A DNA stretch of 64,000 nucleotides from Vicugna vicugna (Eukaryota): assembly GCA_013265495.1 (NCBI GenBank), contig MU058781.1, forward strand, positions 4,217,050 through 4,281,049, read 5' to 3'. Under the pieces are notes generated by a model. That model was not told the origin of the DNA, made no database searches, and worked only from the letters and a program-made list of their open reading frames with translations. This document shows, piece after piece, positions 26,652 to 38,030 of the stretch. Made by a program: the position numbers and the translations under genes. How positions within the stretch are numbered: the stretch's first letter is position 1; each line of letters opens with the position of its first letter.

Positions 26652-27074
26652 ACGGCTAGTTTGGCAGGGCTGCTGTCACAAACTACTACAGACAGGTGAC
26701 TTAGGAGCTTATTGTCTCACTGTTCCGGAAATCAGAATTCTGACGTGAAGGTGTTAGTGGGGCCACACTCCCTCAGAAAGCACCAGAGAGGGGTCTGTCC
26801 CAGGCGGCTCTGTTGACCTCCAGGTGTCCCTTAGACTGTGGCGGGGTAGCTCCAGGCCTCACGTGGTGTTCCCTGGTACGTGTGTATGTCTATGTCCAAA
26901 TGACCCCTTTTTATAAGGACAGAAGTCATACTGGATTAGGGGCCACTCCACTTCAGTATGACTTCATCTTAATGAACTGTATCTTCAATGATCCTATTTC
27001 CAAATACAGTCATGTTCTGAGGTGATTCATACATTCAACACACGGATTCTGGGGGACACGTTTTAACTCATAAA
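26652..27074 (-). mobile_element. MaLR MLT1C-like 3' LTR
   Basis: gggccacactccctcagaaagc...ttttataaggacagaagtcatactggattagggg...ccaaatacagtcatgttctgagg. Confidence 0.82.
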
Positions 27075-27445
27075 GCCCACCCTCTGGTTCCCCCCAAATT
27101 CAGGTCCTTCCCACATGCAAAATGCATTCACTTTATTCCAACAGCCCTGAAAGGCTTAACCTATTCCAGGATCAACTCTAAGTCCTAAATCTCACCTAAG
27201 TAAGGTATGAGTGAGACCAGGAGTAGGATTCACCCTGGGGCTAAATTCCTCTCCACCTGAAAACTTAGGAAACCAGACCACAAGCTACCCGCTTCCAAAA
27301 CAGATACACCTTCCCATTCCAAAAGGAAGAAATCAGAAAGGAAAAAGGGTCATGGGTCCCCACAAAGTTTGAAACCGAGCGGAGTAGATTCCATTAGATT
27401 TTAAGGCTCGAGAATAGTCCTCTTCGGCTCAGGGCTTTGTCCCTT
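27075..27445 (-). mobile_element. MaLR internal region (MLT1-int) adjoining the LTR
   Basis: cccaaattcaggtccttcccacatgcaaaatgcattc...ttcccattccaaaaggaagaaat is typical MaLR-int 3' sequence directly abutting the LTR. Confidence 0.7.
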
Positions 27446-27803
27446 GAGTTCACCCACGTTACGAAGGGTGGTCTGTTTCACTCAGAGTCTAGTGATTTAA
27501 CTGTTAATCCCACCTGAAAAAAGGCTTTCCCAGCAGTGTCTAGACTGAACCAAAACAGATACACCTTCCCATTCCAAAAGGAAGAAATCAGAAAGGAAAA
27601 AGGGTCATGGGTCCTCACAAAGTTTGAAACCGAGCAGAGTAGATTCCATTAGATTTTACGGCTCGAGAATATTCCTCTTCGGCTCAGGGCTTTGTCCCTT
27701 GAGTTCACCCACGTTACGAAGGGTGGTCTGTTTCACTCAGAGTCTAGTGATTTAACTGTTAATCCCACCTGAAAAAAGGCTTTCCCAGCAGTGTCTAGAC
27801 TGA
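27295..27803. repeat. Direct tandem duplication, 2 x 254 bp
   Basis: 27295-27548 and 27550-27803 differ at 4 positions by my count; a single extra A at the junction. Confidence 0.97.
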
Positions 27804-27866
27804 CGTTTAACCGAACAACTGGGCACCGTAGCCTAGGCAAGTCGACACATAAAATGAGCCATCGCA
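27450..27866 (-). mobile_element. MLT2 (ERVL LTR, MLT2D-like) 5' end, partly duplicated
   Basis: tctagactgacgtttaaccgaacaactgggcaccgtagcctaggcaagtcgacacataaaatgagccatcgca matches the recalled antisense MLT2 terminus. Confidence 0.8.
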
Positions 27867-28006
27867 GATTTTTTTTTTTTTTTTGAGACTAGTACTACAA
27901 TGTGTCCAAGATGGGAAACCATAGCCTAGGCAAGTGGACACATAAAATGAGCCATCGCAGATTTTTTTTTTTTTTGAGACTAGTACTACAATGTGTCCAA
28001 GATGGG
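27825..28006. repeat. Direct tandem duplication, 2 x ~90 bp
   Basis: 27825-27915 and 27918-28006: 2 substitutions, T16 vs T14; AA at the junction. Confidence 0.97.
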
Positions 28007-28171
28007 GGAAGGTCAGGAAGAGAACGTGGAGACTTTCAGGCTGTTTCACATGGGTGATGTCCCGGGGGGCAGGAGTCAGAGGCTGTGTGATGAGGAGTTT
28101 TAACCTGGCCCAATGGTTTGGCTCGCTCTAAAAGAGAACTGGCTTGTCTGGGGCTGGGTCCAGTGGCAGGG

Positions 28172-28543
28172 GATTCTGGGCTGGCTGTTTATGTCTCCCC
28201 CAAATTCATGCGTTGGGGCCTTGCTCCCCAACACGGTGGTAATTGGAGATGGGACCTTGGGGAGGTGATTGTTTAGATGAGATCCTGAGGATGGAGCCCC
28301 CATGATGGAATTAGTGCTTTTATTAAAAAAAAAAAAAAAAGGAAGAAACACCAGAGCATCCTTTCTCTGCCACGTGAGTAAGGGAGTGAGAAGGCAGCTA
28401 AGAACCGTATGTCACCGAGAGCTGAACCTGCCTGCCCCTTTCTCTTGGACTCGTGCCCTCCAGAGCCAAGAGAAACAACGGTGTGCTATTTAAGCCACTT
28501 GGTGTACGGTGCTTTGTCGCAGCAGCATGAGCTGACCAAGACA
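28172..28543 (+). mobile_element. MaLR MLT1A-like solo LTR
   Basis: tgtctcccccaaattcatgcgttg...ccccatgatggaattagtgc...gagctgaccaagaca. Confidence 0.82.
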
Positions 28544-28931
28544 CAGAGGAAGCCACTCCTGGGCTCCCAAACGTGCTTCACCAGGGCAGTGTTCTGCTGT
28601 ATTGCACTATCTGCCTGTCTGTCTCCCCGCCTCAACTTCCCTGGGCTGGTCTTACAAGATGATATCTGCTCAGCAACCAGCACAGGACCCGGTGTCCAGC
28701 AGGAGCTGCAGAATGATAGCGTCAGGGGACCTCACCCAGTGCCTTAAAGCTCAGCGGTGGCAACCAAATTTTATGTAGTGGAAGGGGATACAATTTAGTC
28801 TGGGGGGCACGGCAAACCTATCGTGAAGCTGGGTTTGCCAGGCAAGCCGCTCCTCTTCCCTGGAAGGTGTGGTTGTTTGAGTTGGCTTGGGGAAGGCGGA
28901 TGGCTGAAAAGAGAGGTGTTAAAGCTCTCCC

Positions 28932-28950
28932 AGCCGCCCCCTGGCGCCTA
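28932..28950 (-). promoter_or_regulatory. Candidate CTCF binding site
   Basis: Minus strand TAGGCGCCAGGGGGCGGCT contains the CCAGGGGGCG core of the CTCF consensus; lies in unique CpG-rich sequence. Confidence 0.5.
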
Positions 28951-29639
28951 CAAAAGCCCGGCGGTGGTGTGAGCCTGCATTAAGATAAAGTGACTCGAAG
29001 GAGACCAGCCTGCCAGTGCCTTTCTGTTCTTAGTCAGTAACCAGAGATCTTAATCTCTACACCAAGTAGAGGTTCGCGGCTAGACTTTCTCTGGTCTGCG
29101 GGGCACGGCGGGAGAAGAAAGGAAGGGGGGCCTTTGGAGGGGGAGACAAGGAAAGGAGAAGTCCTGTCCCTGAAGAGAAATGCCCTCCTGCTGGGCGAGG
29201 GCAGCAGCGGTCACCCACTTAAGTCCTTGGCGCCTTCAGGTTGCCTGCTGTCTTGGGCCCATTTCGTTCCCGTAAAGGAGGGGGGACGTGGGAGTAGGCA
29301 GCTGGGGTTATGACGCTGCTTCCATGTCAGCCTGTCTGGCACTCACTGCCACGCACAACACAATGCACAGGACATGTGACATCTGATTCCCCTGCGTTGC
29401 TCACACGGCGCAGGGGCCTCCATCCTTTGAACGAGACCTGGGAGGGGCCAGAGGCCCAGAGCCTCCAGCTCCCCACGGACAGCCCGCCGCTCCAGGTCGG
29501 GGTCACTGACTTCCATTTCAAAACGGCGTTCAGTTTAGTTGATTTAAACGACTTGACTCTGCTCTGCGGAATGACAGCGACACGTGAGCTCAGCCGGTTG
29601 CTCTCTGGAAGGCAGAGACGAGCTCCCTGCAGGGACCGA

Positions 29640-30010
29640 TGGAGCTCCGCCACCCATTGTTTATCTAAAGACAGCGTTTTATTGTTGTCGCTCAATTAGT
29701 CCAGACAGCGGGCACAAGTGACTCGCGCAGCTCCATCGCACCCTGTGCCTCGCACACAAACCAAAGACCGCGCCAATCGCTGGCTAATACAATCAAAGCG
29801 CGCCCGTGTTGACTCCACAATTACTCAGATCATCACCCTTTCTCCTGGAATCTCTTCCTAATCTAATTATGCACAATATTTTCACGTTAGTAAAAGAACA
29901 TTAACCTCAGTCATCAGTAGTTCGGTTCTCAATTTATTTACGAGCAGCCCATCAAGGCTCTTCTGAACGCCAACTTTGGAGGGAGTTTATTTTCTATAAA
30001 CAAACCAGCA
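29640..30010. promoter_or_regulatory. Candidate conserved developmental enhancer
   Basis: Repeat-free and CpG-retaining, with clustered Sox/Fox/GATA, TCF, CCAAT and paired-homeodomain P3 motifs (see findings). Function is inferred. Confidence 0.45.
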
Positions 30011-33000
30011 TATTTCCCCCTCCTCCAGGTCAAGATACTATTGCCTGTAGGGTTTTTTCCTGTACATTTTTTTTCTAAAAATTGTACAATCTGTCATTTC
30101 GCAGACACTCACGGAAAGCCGCTCCTAATCACTTACAGAAGACAGGTTTCTCCCTGTTTGTACTCATTGCTGTGAAAATGCTATTATACGCAAATGTTTC
30201 GTCTGTTTTGCAAACATATGCTCTCACACACACAGACTCACCGCGGAGGCAGTGCCTGAAATAGGAAGGGTCTTTTGAAAAAGACAGAAGCAAAACACTT
30301 CGAGTCACTTCACATTTCCCATTTTTCAGCTCCATCTTGGAAGCACAGGTGACTGACACTTGAACATCACCTGCCCCGTTGATGACGCTGGAACCACGCT
30401 CTTTGAATGGGAAGATGCCCACTGTCCGCTTCGGACCTCTAGTTTACAACTGAAGCAGCTGAGGGTCAGAGAGGTGAGATTTCAGGGGGGTTAGCAACCT
30501 CGCTAGGGGCAAGCGGACAGTGGGGACCCAGGTGTTCCAGTCACACACCTGCACTGGTGTACGACTGAAACACAGAGTCCGAGAATTTGGGTAGTAAGGC
30601 CCCCTCCCGTTGGTGGGGGCCCTGACGGTCTGAATGCGGCAGGTAAGCTTTAGGTGTTTAGCAGCATCGCAGCTGCCTCCCCTCCCGGCCTCCCCTCTAC
30701 CCTCCAAACATATGCACATGCACACTTTGGTACTATAACATTTCTCAAGTTTTCCTTTGAGTTGAAGGTTGGAACATATCCAGGCCAAACATAAAGAAAA
30801 GCTCTGAGCTGGCCCCCTTCTCCCTCACGGCCCCGCCAGGCTCCTTCTGGTTCCTGCCATAGATGGGGAGCCATTACCTCACGTCTCAAAACTCCGACTC
30901 TGGGCAGGCTCCGTCTTGCCCCATCTCTGCTCGCTCCTCGGGGTGATGTGGGCACCAGGGGAGGAATTCCTCTTTTCACCCACAAGCAGAGGAGTTACAT
31001 GGTCGGGGGCTGAAGGCCCAAGTGAAGGGACCTCCCAGACCATTCTCCCGGCGGAGGTTGGAGGCGGCCATGGCCTTGGAGTTGGGAGGTCGGGCCCTGC
31101 ACTGCTGAGCAGACTTTGTGCCTATTGCATTGAAAGAGCTTCCACCAGTTCATCAGAAGAACAGGGCGCGTTAGGTCATCACCAAAGTAGTGCCTCAGAG
31201 TCAAACGACCTGAACGTCGGTGCCCTGCAAATACCTCTGCCCCGAACCAGCCACCGACTGTGGCCACATGTCACACTCCTGTCTCTGTTTCTGTATCTGC
31301 TACTTTCTCTAATGATTCCCATCCTCGCCTCCTGGGATGTGGGCCGCTCTCTAAAAGCACACAACATCTTCTCAATGTAAAGCCTTATTTGACCCAATCT
31401 CTTCCTTTCACGGAATGATGGTGAGTGCCAAGGAGAAGGAGGAGGTGTCCGCTGCCAGATAAGTGAGTTAGAAGAGGCTACCTTGGCAGAAGCGCAGCAT
31501 TATTGTATTAGCTATAAGTTGTGACTTGGGGCTCGTCTGCTGTGTGCACGCCTTTAAAAGAAAACACAATTTTTATAATGTCCAAGGCCTTCCAGTGGGT
31601 GTCAGTTGGCCGCTTTCTCTTCCATTCCCGCCCGCCCTCATGGGGTGAGATGCTGTCCCCATCTGGGAGCGGCCGCCAGCCAGCTGCCTGGCTGAGTGAC
31701 AGGCTTCCTCGGTTTCCGCTGCCCAACGTTTCAACGGTGCCATGCTCTGGCTTCAAAAACTTTCCCCAGGAAGCCACACGAATGACCCTCAAAATGAGTG
31801 GGTCTTCCTGGAGCGAGTCACCCTGAATTTTTCAGCTCTCACCCCTCTCTTGGGCTCTGGCCTCTCTCACCTCCTGAAACCACAGAGCAGTTAGAGATTG
31901 TAATCTCTCCACACAAAGTCCCTTTGGCCCCCACCATCCGATGTCACCTGGGGTCACAGTTGCCCCGTCTGTGGTGGAAAGTTCCAAGCAGTTGCAGTTG
32001 CTTTTGTGATCTGCCCGTTGACTTGGAGATAGAGCCCTGAAACCCAACAGGAAGGTGGCTTTCTGAGGCGTGTTAAAAATATATTTCTGTTTGTTTAGAC
32101 ACGAGGGATTATTTTTAGTCTGAGGAAGAGGCCTGACAGGGATCTGGAGGCCCCGTGGTGGCGTGGCTTAACCAGCGGGATTTGCACCTGCACAGAACCA
32201 GTGGTCTGGGCGTTTCTGCTTCCGAATCGTTGCCTTATTTCCCGTACTCCCTCCCGGTCTCCTGGAGCTTCAGGGTGGGGTAAAGCTGAGCCCAGAGCTG
32301 CCTTTGCATCTCATGTCTCTGTTTCTCTCCAGGCTGGCCGGCCGCCGTGAGGTGCCACTCCTGAGAGGCCAACAGCTGAGCTTCAGGCTTCCACAAGCTT
32401 TCCCGCTGTTGAGTGACAAGGGCCGTGCCTTCCGACACCTCTGCTGAGCGCTTGCTCAGTTGCTAGCCACTGTGAGCTCGAGTCGCACTGTGGGGTGACG
32501 TGAGCAGGCTGTCCGGACATCTATAATCCGGATGGTTCCTACTTCGCTGTCCCAGCTCCAGGCTGAGGGATGGCCAGGAAGTTTAGGAAGATATGCCGGT
32601 TCTTTGGCACCTGGCTTTGTGCATTCTTTGTAGACCTAGGTAATAGAGGAGAAACTGAGAGGCACCCGGCTGACCTCCAGCTAGTGCTCTGGCACCACCT
32701 CCACAATCCCTGCTTCCATGCAGTTAAGCAGGGGGCATGTGACCCGGAACAAGCTGAGGAGGGATGACGGGCACACCCTCAGGGGGCCACTGGCTGACAG
32801 TAACTCCGGGATGGTGGCAGGGTCTGGGGCACTCACAAACCACCAGTGACCACCCAGATCCTTCCATGAAGTGCTTCCACAGGGCTTCTCTTACGGACGA
32901 TGGCCCCTCTCTGTGATGACCTGCCAGCCCAGGGCCCCTGGGTCCAGACAAGACATAGCTGATGCAGTCAGTGCTCTGTCCACCCCTCTCGGGATGCCTT

Positions 33001-35509
33001 TATCATTTTCATGCACACCAGCTCCAGGTGTGCCAAGCAGCGCCCGTGTCTTTGCCAGGGGGCTGCCCTCTGGGTTCTGGAGCTACTTTGCCTGCTTAAA
33101 GAAAGTAACGATGGGGATTTGCATCCTTCCAGGGATGACAGCCTCCAACCAGTGGATGACAGATGGGAGAAGGACGCAAACACTCCAGCTTCCCCGAGCC
33201 CTCATCAGGACCACAGTGAGGTCCCGGAGAGGCCCTGGAGAGAGTGCAAGTCACACCTCGCCACTTCTCTCCCTGGGCCTTGACATGGCGTTGCACCCTT
33301 ACCCAGCATCCTTCCTTTCTGTGGCTGACTTTGCGAACCTTCTACCAGATTTTCCTGGGGACAGCCCTTAAACGAATCATATAGGGTCTGCTTCTAAGTA
33401 AGGCCCTGGAGGCAACGTTTGCTCGAAGACCCAGAATCAGCCCAGGTTCCCCTCACCTCAGAGCTTCTCATCTCTTTAAAGTTTGGGCTTCCTAGATCAT
33501 CCCATAAAGATTCTTGCAGCGAAAGAACCTACCACGCCGCTTCACAGGCATAATAGGCAGCTGTTTTCCCACTCCACAGAGTCTTCTGTAAGATCTCAAC
33601 CCCAAGTCAGCACCAGGGCCCCCGGGGAAATTCTGCTTCCTAAGTCTTAATTCAGAGTAACATGGGCCTTGGCCAAAGCTTCCAACCACACAGTCACCTC
33701 GTGTTTCCCTCTCCCTTTAGTCCAGCAAAAATGAAAGGCAGTGGGGGCCTTATACGGCATTCACCAACTTTGGAAAACTTTTCAAAAATAGTTTCAGTTC
33801 CTTTCTTCTTATCTCCCCAGAGTCTGATCATTCCTGGAAGGAGGACTGTAGATTCATTGATACTCAAGGACTCCAGCAGGAAAATCAATCCTGTAGCTCA
33901 AGAAAGCTGTACAGAACCCCCCCACCCCGTGCTCCCCTACTGGGCACTGTCACCCCTCCCTCCTGGCCCTTTGAGCCTTGGAATTAGCTCCTTCTTCTCC
34001 ACAGAGCAGGCAGCCGTGGATGCCAGGCAGCCAGGGAAGAGAACGGTGCAGACTGGGGGAACGCCAGTTCCTCAGACTTGTCCTGGTTTCCCTTTCCGTA
34101 AACTCATCTGTTTTAGGAGAAACGTCAGCATTGGTTTCAACATGACATGCATCCCAGGAAACTTCCCGCTACATCGCTAAGCAGATTTGGGCTTGCTGGG
34201 ATCACCACTGCTCGTGGACCAACCCCAGAAACATTCTCAAGATACAAGCTTGGGCCAGAAGAACTATAGGCAAATACTCTGAAGTCCTGTGGGTGATTCT
34301 GTCTTGGGTTTGAGGGGCGGGGGACAAAGGAACAGGAAGAGAGATGTCAAGGAAGCTCTCCAAGGCCCAGTTCCTTCACCTGCCAGGGCCTAATGGCCTC
34401 GTCATGGTGGACTGGGACCTGGATATTCGTGAAGCTTCTATTCTTAGAGAGGATGCTTCCTCGGTTCATCAAGGGAAGGAGAAGCTACATGGGAAGGAGA
34501 GAGGTGGGTGCAGAAGAGGACAGAAGGGGGCCACGGGCAGCAATAAAACGTGCCTTGTGTATGTAGTTATTTAAGTGGTGTCAAGAGTGGCCATCAGGGC
34601 CTGGCCTTGCCCCCCAGCCCTCAGACCCGAGGGAGCCCAGTGAGGCACGTCCACCCTCAGCAGGAGTATCTGGGTTGGGAAGGGATTGTCTTGAATTCCA
34701 GCCTCAGCAAGACCCTTGAAGACTCTGCCAACCCCGGTGTGGCAAACAATGAAAGGTGTTTTTTCTTTTCGTTTCCTGTCTCTTTCCTTTCTGGCCAGAG
34801 TGAGTGAATCCTGTGTTTGCAATGGTGTTTTAATTAATTTTTGATGGAAAAAAAAAAAGGGAGGGTGGAAGGGAGTTCAAATTAAAACCTGCTGTATAAA
34901 AAGCAAAGCCGTTTCAGGAAGGCCACGAGCTGCGCTGGCAAGTGTGTCCAGGAATTAGAAACAACACACTTGCTGTTTTGAGAGCAAACCAGCAAAGCAA
35001 ATCCAGGCTGTTAGGCCCTCCTGGCATCACTCAGCGTTGGGTTGGGTCAGGGATTCACACAAGCCTCTCTGAAAACTGGAGGAGGAGGCAGGGCTGCGTG
35101 GGCGACGGCCCATTGACGGTCCACAGCGTTAGTCTTTGGGCTATGCTCCTCCGCGCTCCCCCGTGGACTGAGAATCCCAACGCAAGGAGGGGAGGAGGGC
35201 AGAGGACATGGACTTACCCCTCTGCTTCCCTATTGCCCAGCACTGCACCTGGCAAGCCACAGGTGCTTGTGGGTGACAGGGAAACTTATCAAAGCAGTCC
35301 TAATCTCTCAAATATTCCCCTGAAGAGGGGAAAACAAGATCTCAGGGGGAACTAAAGGGATGGCCTTAAATTTCTCTCTTTCCAACTGTAAAAATTAGAT
35401 GTGTCATTAAGCTCTGTGAGAAAGGGGAGAAAAGAAGAGTTTCTTTAAGGAAGTAACCCATGTTTTATCACTCCACTTTGGGGCAAGAAACCAGCTTGGT
35501 GCTGGGGAA

Positions 35510-35760
35510 GAGAATGTGGACCCTGCGGCCGGGCTGCCCGGGGCAGCATCTTGGTGCTGACCTTGGGTGGCTGTCTCACCTCGGGCAAGTGACTGCACCT
35601 CTCTGTGCTTCGGCTCCTCATTTATAAATCGGTGATATTAACGGGATCTAGCTCATAGGGCTGTGGTGACAGTTAAATGAGTCCGCGTACGCACAGCACG
35701 TACAACAACGCCTGGTACATAGTAAGTGCTATCTAGCTGTTTTTACTATTATTAATTATT
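35510..35760 (+). mobile_element. MIR SINE
   Basis: acctcgggcaagtgactgcacctctctgtgc...ctcatagggctgtggtgacagttaaatgag...cctggtacatagtaagtgct. Confidence 0.8.
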
Positions 35761-35774
35761 CTTATAGGAACTTT

Positions 35775-35945
35775 ACATGGCTGGTTTTATATTTCACATA
35801 TAACATCTTCATAGAAATAAACACTGTTTTATTTATTTTATAATTGAAGAAACTGAATCTAAGCGAGACCAAGTAATCTGTCCATGGTCCATGGATGTTG
35901 TATTTGAACCTAGATCTGTTTGACGCCAAAGTCTGTGCTGTTTCT
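35775..35945 (-). mobile_element. MIR SINE (tail-to-tail with previous)
   Basis: ttgaagaaactgaatctaagcgagaccaagtaatctgtccatggtc...atttgaacctagatctgtttgacgccaaag. Confidence 0.65.
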
Positions 35946-36799
35946 ATTAATTGACACTCAGGGTGACACGTTTGCAACTTCCACTGCCTGTCATCCTGTT
36001 CACACTCTCACAACCACCAAAGCTCATGAAAACACGGCGCTGAGGTCAGCTTCCACTGGACACAGAAGAGCAGGTGTATCTCTGTCAAAGAGCAGTCTCA
36101 GCGCCAATCATGGCTCTAGCTACTGCGGAATACTCAGGGGGAGTGAATTTAGGAAGTTTCGGTAAGAGACCGCCTAAGATTTCAAGGAATAAAGGAGAAA
36201 AATATGAAGGAAATGGAATAATTATTCTTCCTCTCTGATTGGGAAGATCAAATTCCCTTTATCTTGGGAAGATTAAGGTTCCAGGACTCAGGAATGGAGT
36301 TCTCAGCTACTGCATATGAAAAAACAACGGATTTCCAACTAAATCCAATCAGTCCATCTTGTCTCTAGAGAAACCTAAGTCTGAGCCACCCGGTAGAGGA
36401 AGCCACGTGTTCTGTGAGTAAAACCACTTCCCGTAAGACTGAACCATGGAAGCTGGCAGGAAGGAGGGAGACTGATGTGGGACAGTTGCTAGACAAACTA
36501 CAATTGTATTACAGTGCTTCTGCCTTTGTGACCTCGATCTCTCGACCTGATAATTCTGAGATGAACCTCCCTGGACGTACCCAGAAACTATTCCTTCTGT
36601 GCGTTGGTCGCTAGCCCAGACGACCTTTTAAGTTTAACATATTGGAGCCACCCGGGTCTCTGAGTGTGTGGGCATTTCCAAGTCACATTTCTTTGTCTAC
36701 CTGCTTTGCAGTCGTACCCAGGCATCTGTCAGCTACTCTGTCTTGCCTTGCTCCGGGGGTTGAAATATGTAGTTGGAAGAAGAGTACTGGTAGATTTTT

Positions 36800-37125
36800 A
36801 AAACCTTTAGAATGAAATATTGCATACATATGGAAAAGTACACAGATCAAAAGTTAAACTCAATAAGCTGTCACAAAATGAACAGACGTGTATTAAGTAC
36901 CACCCAGGTCAAAGAATAGAACATTATCAGCACCCAAGAAAAGCCCCACGGACTCCCATCAATTATTGTTCCTCCTCTTCTCTCCAAATGTAAACATTAT
37001 CTTGACTTAGGGCACCACAGTTTCATGTACATATGTGTAATAAGAGTTTATTTATTTTCATTGCTATATAGTATTCCATTCTACAAATATACCATAATAT
37101 GTTTATCCATTCTAATGTTCATTTA
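36800..37125 (-). mobile_element. Old LINE-1 3' end (L1ME/MD-type)
   Basis: caccacccaggtcaaagaatagaacattatcagcaccc-like motif; ttttcattgctatatagtattccatt. Confidence 0.75.
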
Positions 37126-37829
37126 AAAAATAGTTCTTCTCTGACTTACAAGTGAGGAAGAGGAACCCTTTGGTTATCCATAACTCTAGGTACAGTCAGG
37201 GATGTCTTAGGTATGATTTGGAGCCTCTGACTGTCATGATATTTCCTAAAGCTATCTCCAGACTGGTTTGTCAGTGCTTGGAATGCCTCTGATAGAGACA
37301 AAGCCTTTCAAAGAACTATCTCTAAGAGAGGAGATCCTTGAAGTAAAAACAAGCAGAGGCATAAAGAATGTAAGAAGAAACCCCAGGGGCTGAGCTGTGG
37401 TACTCGAAAGGAAGGGGATTACAAACAGAGAGGAAGAAGGATGATGGGCAAGCAGGGAGGTGGATGTGAAGCTGGTAGTGCTTTTGTGGGAACTTCCCTT
37501 TGAATCACGCATTTCACAGAAGAGATTAATGAGGGCTCTGCTCTGAAGGACTTTAAAGTCACACTCAATGGACAAGGAAGTGCTGCCATTTTCCTTAGAG
37601 TCTAAAAGTGATGAAGGTAAGTGGGCAGAAGAGCAATGGCTGTTTGTCAAAATCCATGCTCCTCCTTCCCAAGTGAATCCTATCAGAGACTATTTGCAGC
37701 ACTCTCTTGTGTCTATTGGTTGGGCCAATAGAATATGTATAGAATTAGCATTTCTCACTCTGAGCCACAATTAAGAAGAAGGTGTGGCTTCTCTGCCCTC
37801 AATTTTTCTTTCCACGGCTGGCTCCTAAG

Positions 37830-38030
37830 GACTCCTCGTTCCTACGAGACAGCAAAGCCACGAGATGTCAGGCTCCTCCATCCCTGAGTTATCTCATTGA
37901 GGAAACTTGTGAGCCCACCAGGAACACCTGCATTGGACTGTTCTGCGAGTGAGAACTAGACTCCTATCGTGTTAAGTCATTAAAGTTTGGGTTGATTTGT
38001 TACAGAGCAAGGGTCACTCTAATGAATGCA
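37830..38030 (+). mobile_element. Old MLT1 (I/J-like) LTR fragment
   Basis: ggaacacctgcattggactgttctgcgagtgagaac...tgttaagtcattaaagtttgggttgatttgttacag. Confidence 0.55.

Noticed and set aside
27295..28006. Repeats read as a CRISPR-like array or as LTR pairs of a new element
   Set aside because: Only two copies each, no spacers, and no TG..CA or TSD boundaries matching the units.
30650..34180. Longest ORFs in the window (154, 166 and 172 aa)
   Set aside because: Expected in GC-rich DNA; Pro/Ser/Leu/Gly-rich, often non-ATG starts, overlapping on both strands, no domains or exon pattern.
35510..35945. Inverted MIR pair as a hairpin or miRNA precursor
   Set aside because: The copies are too diverged to pair extensively, and there is no evidence of transcription.
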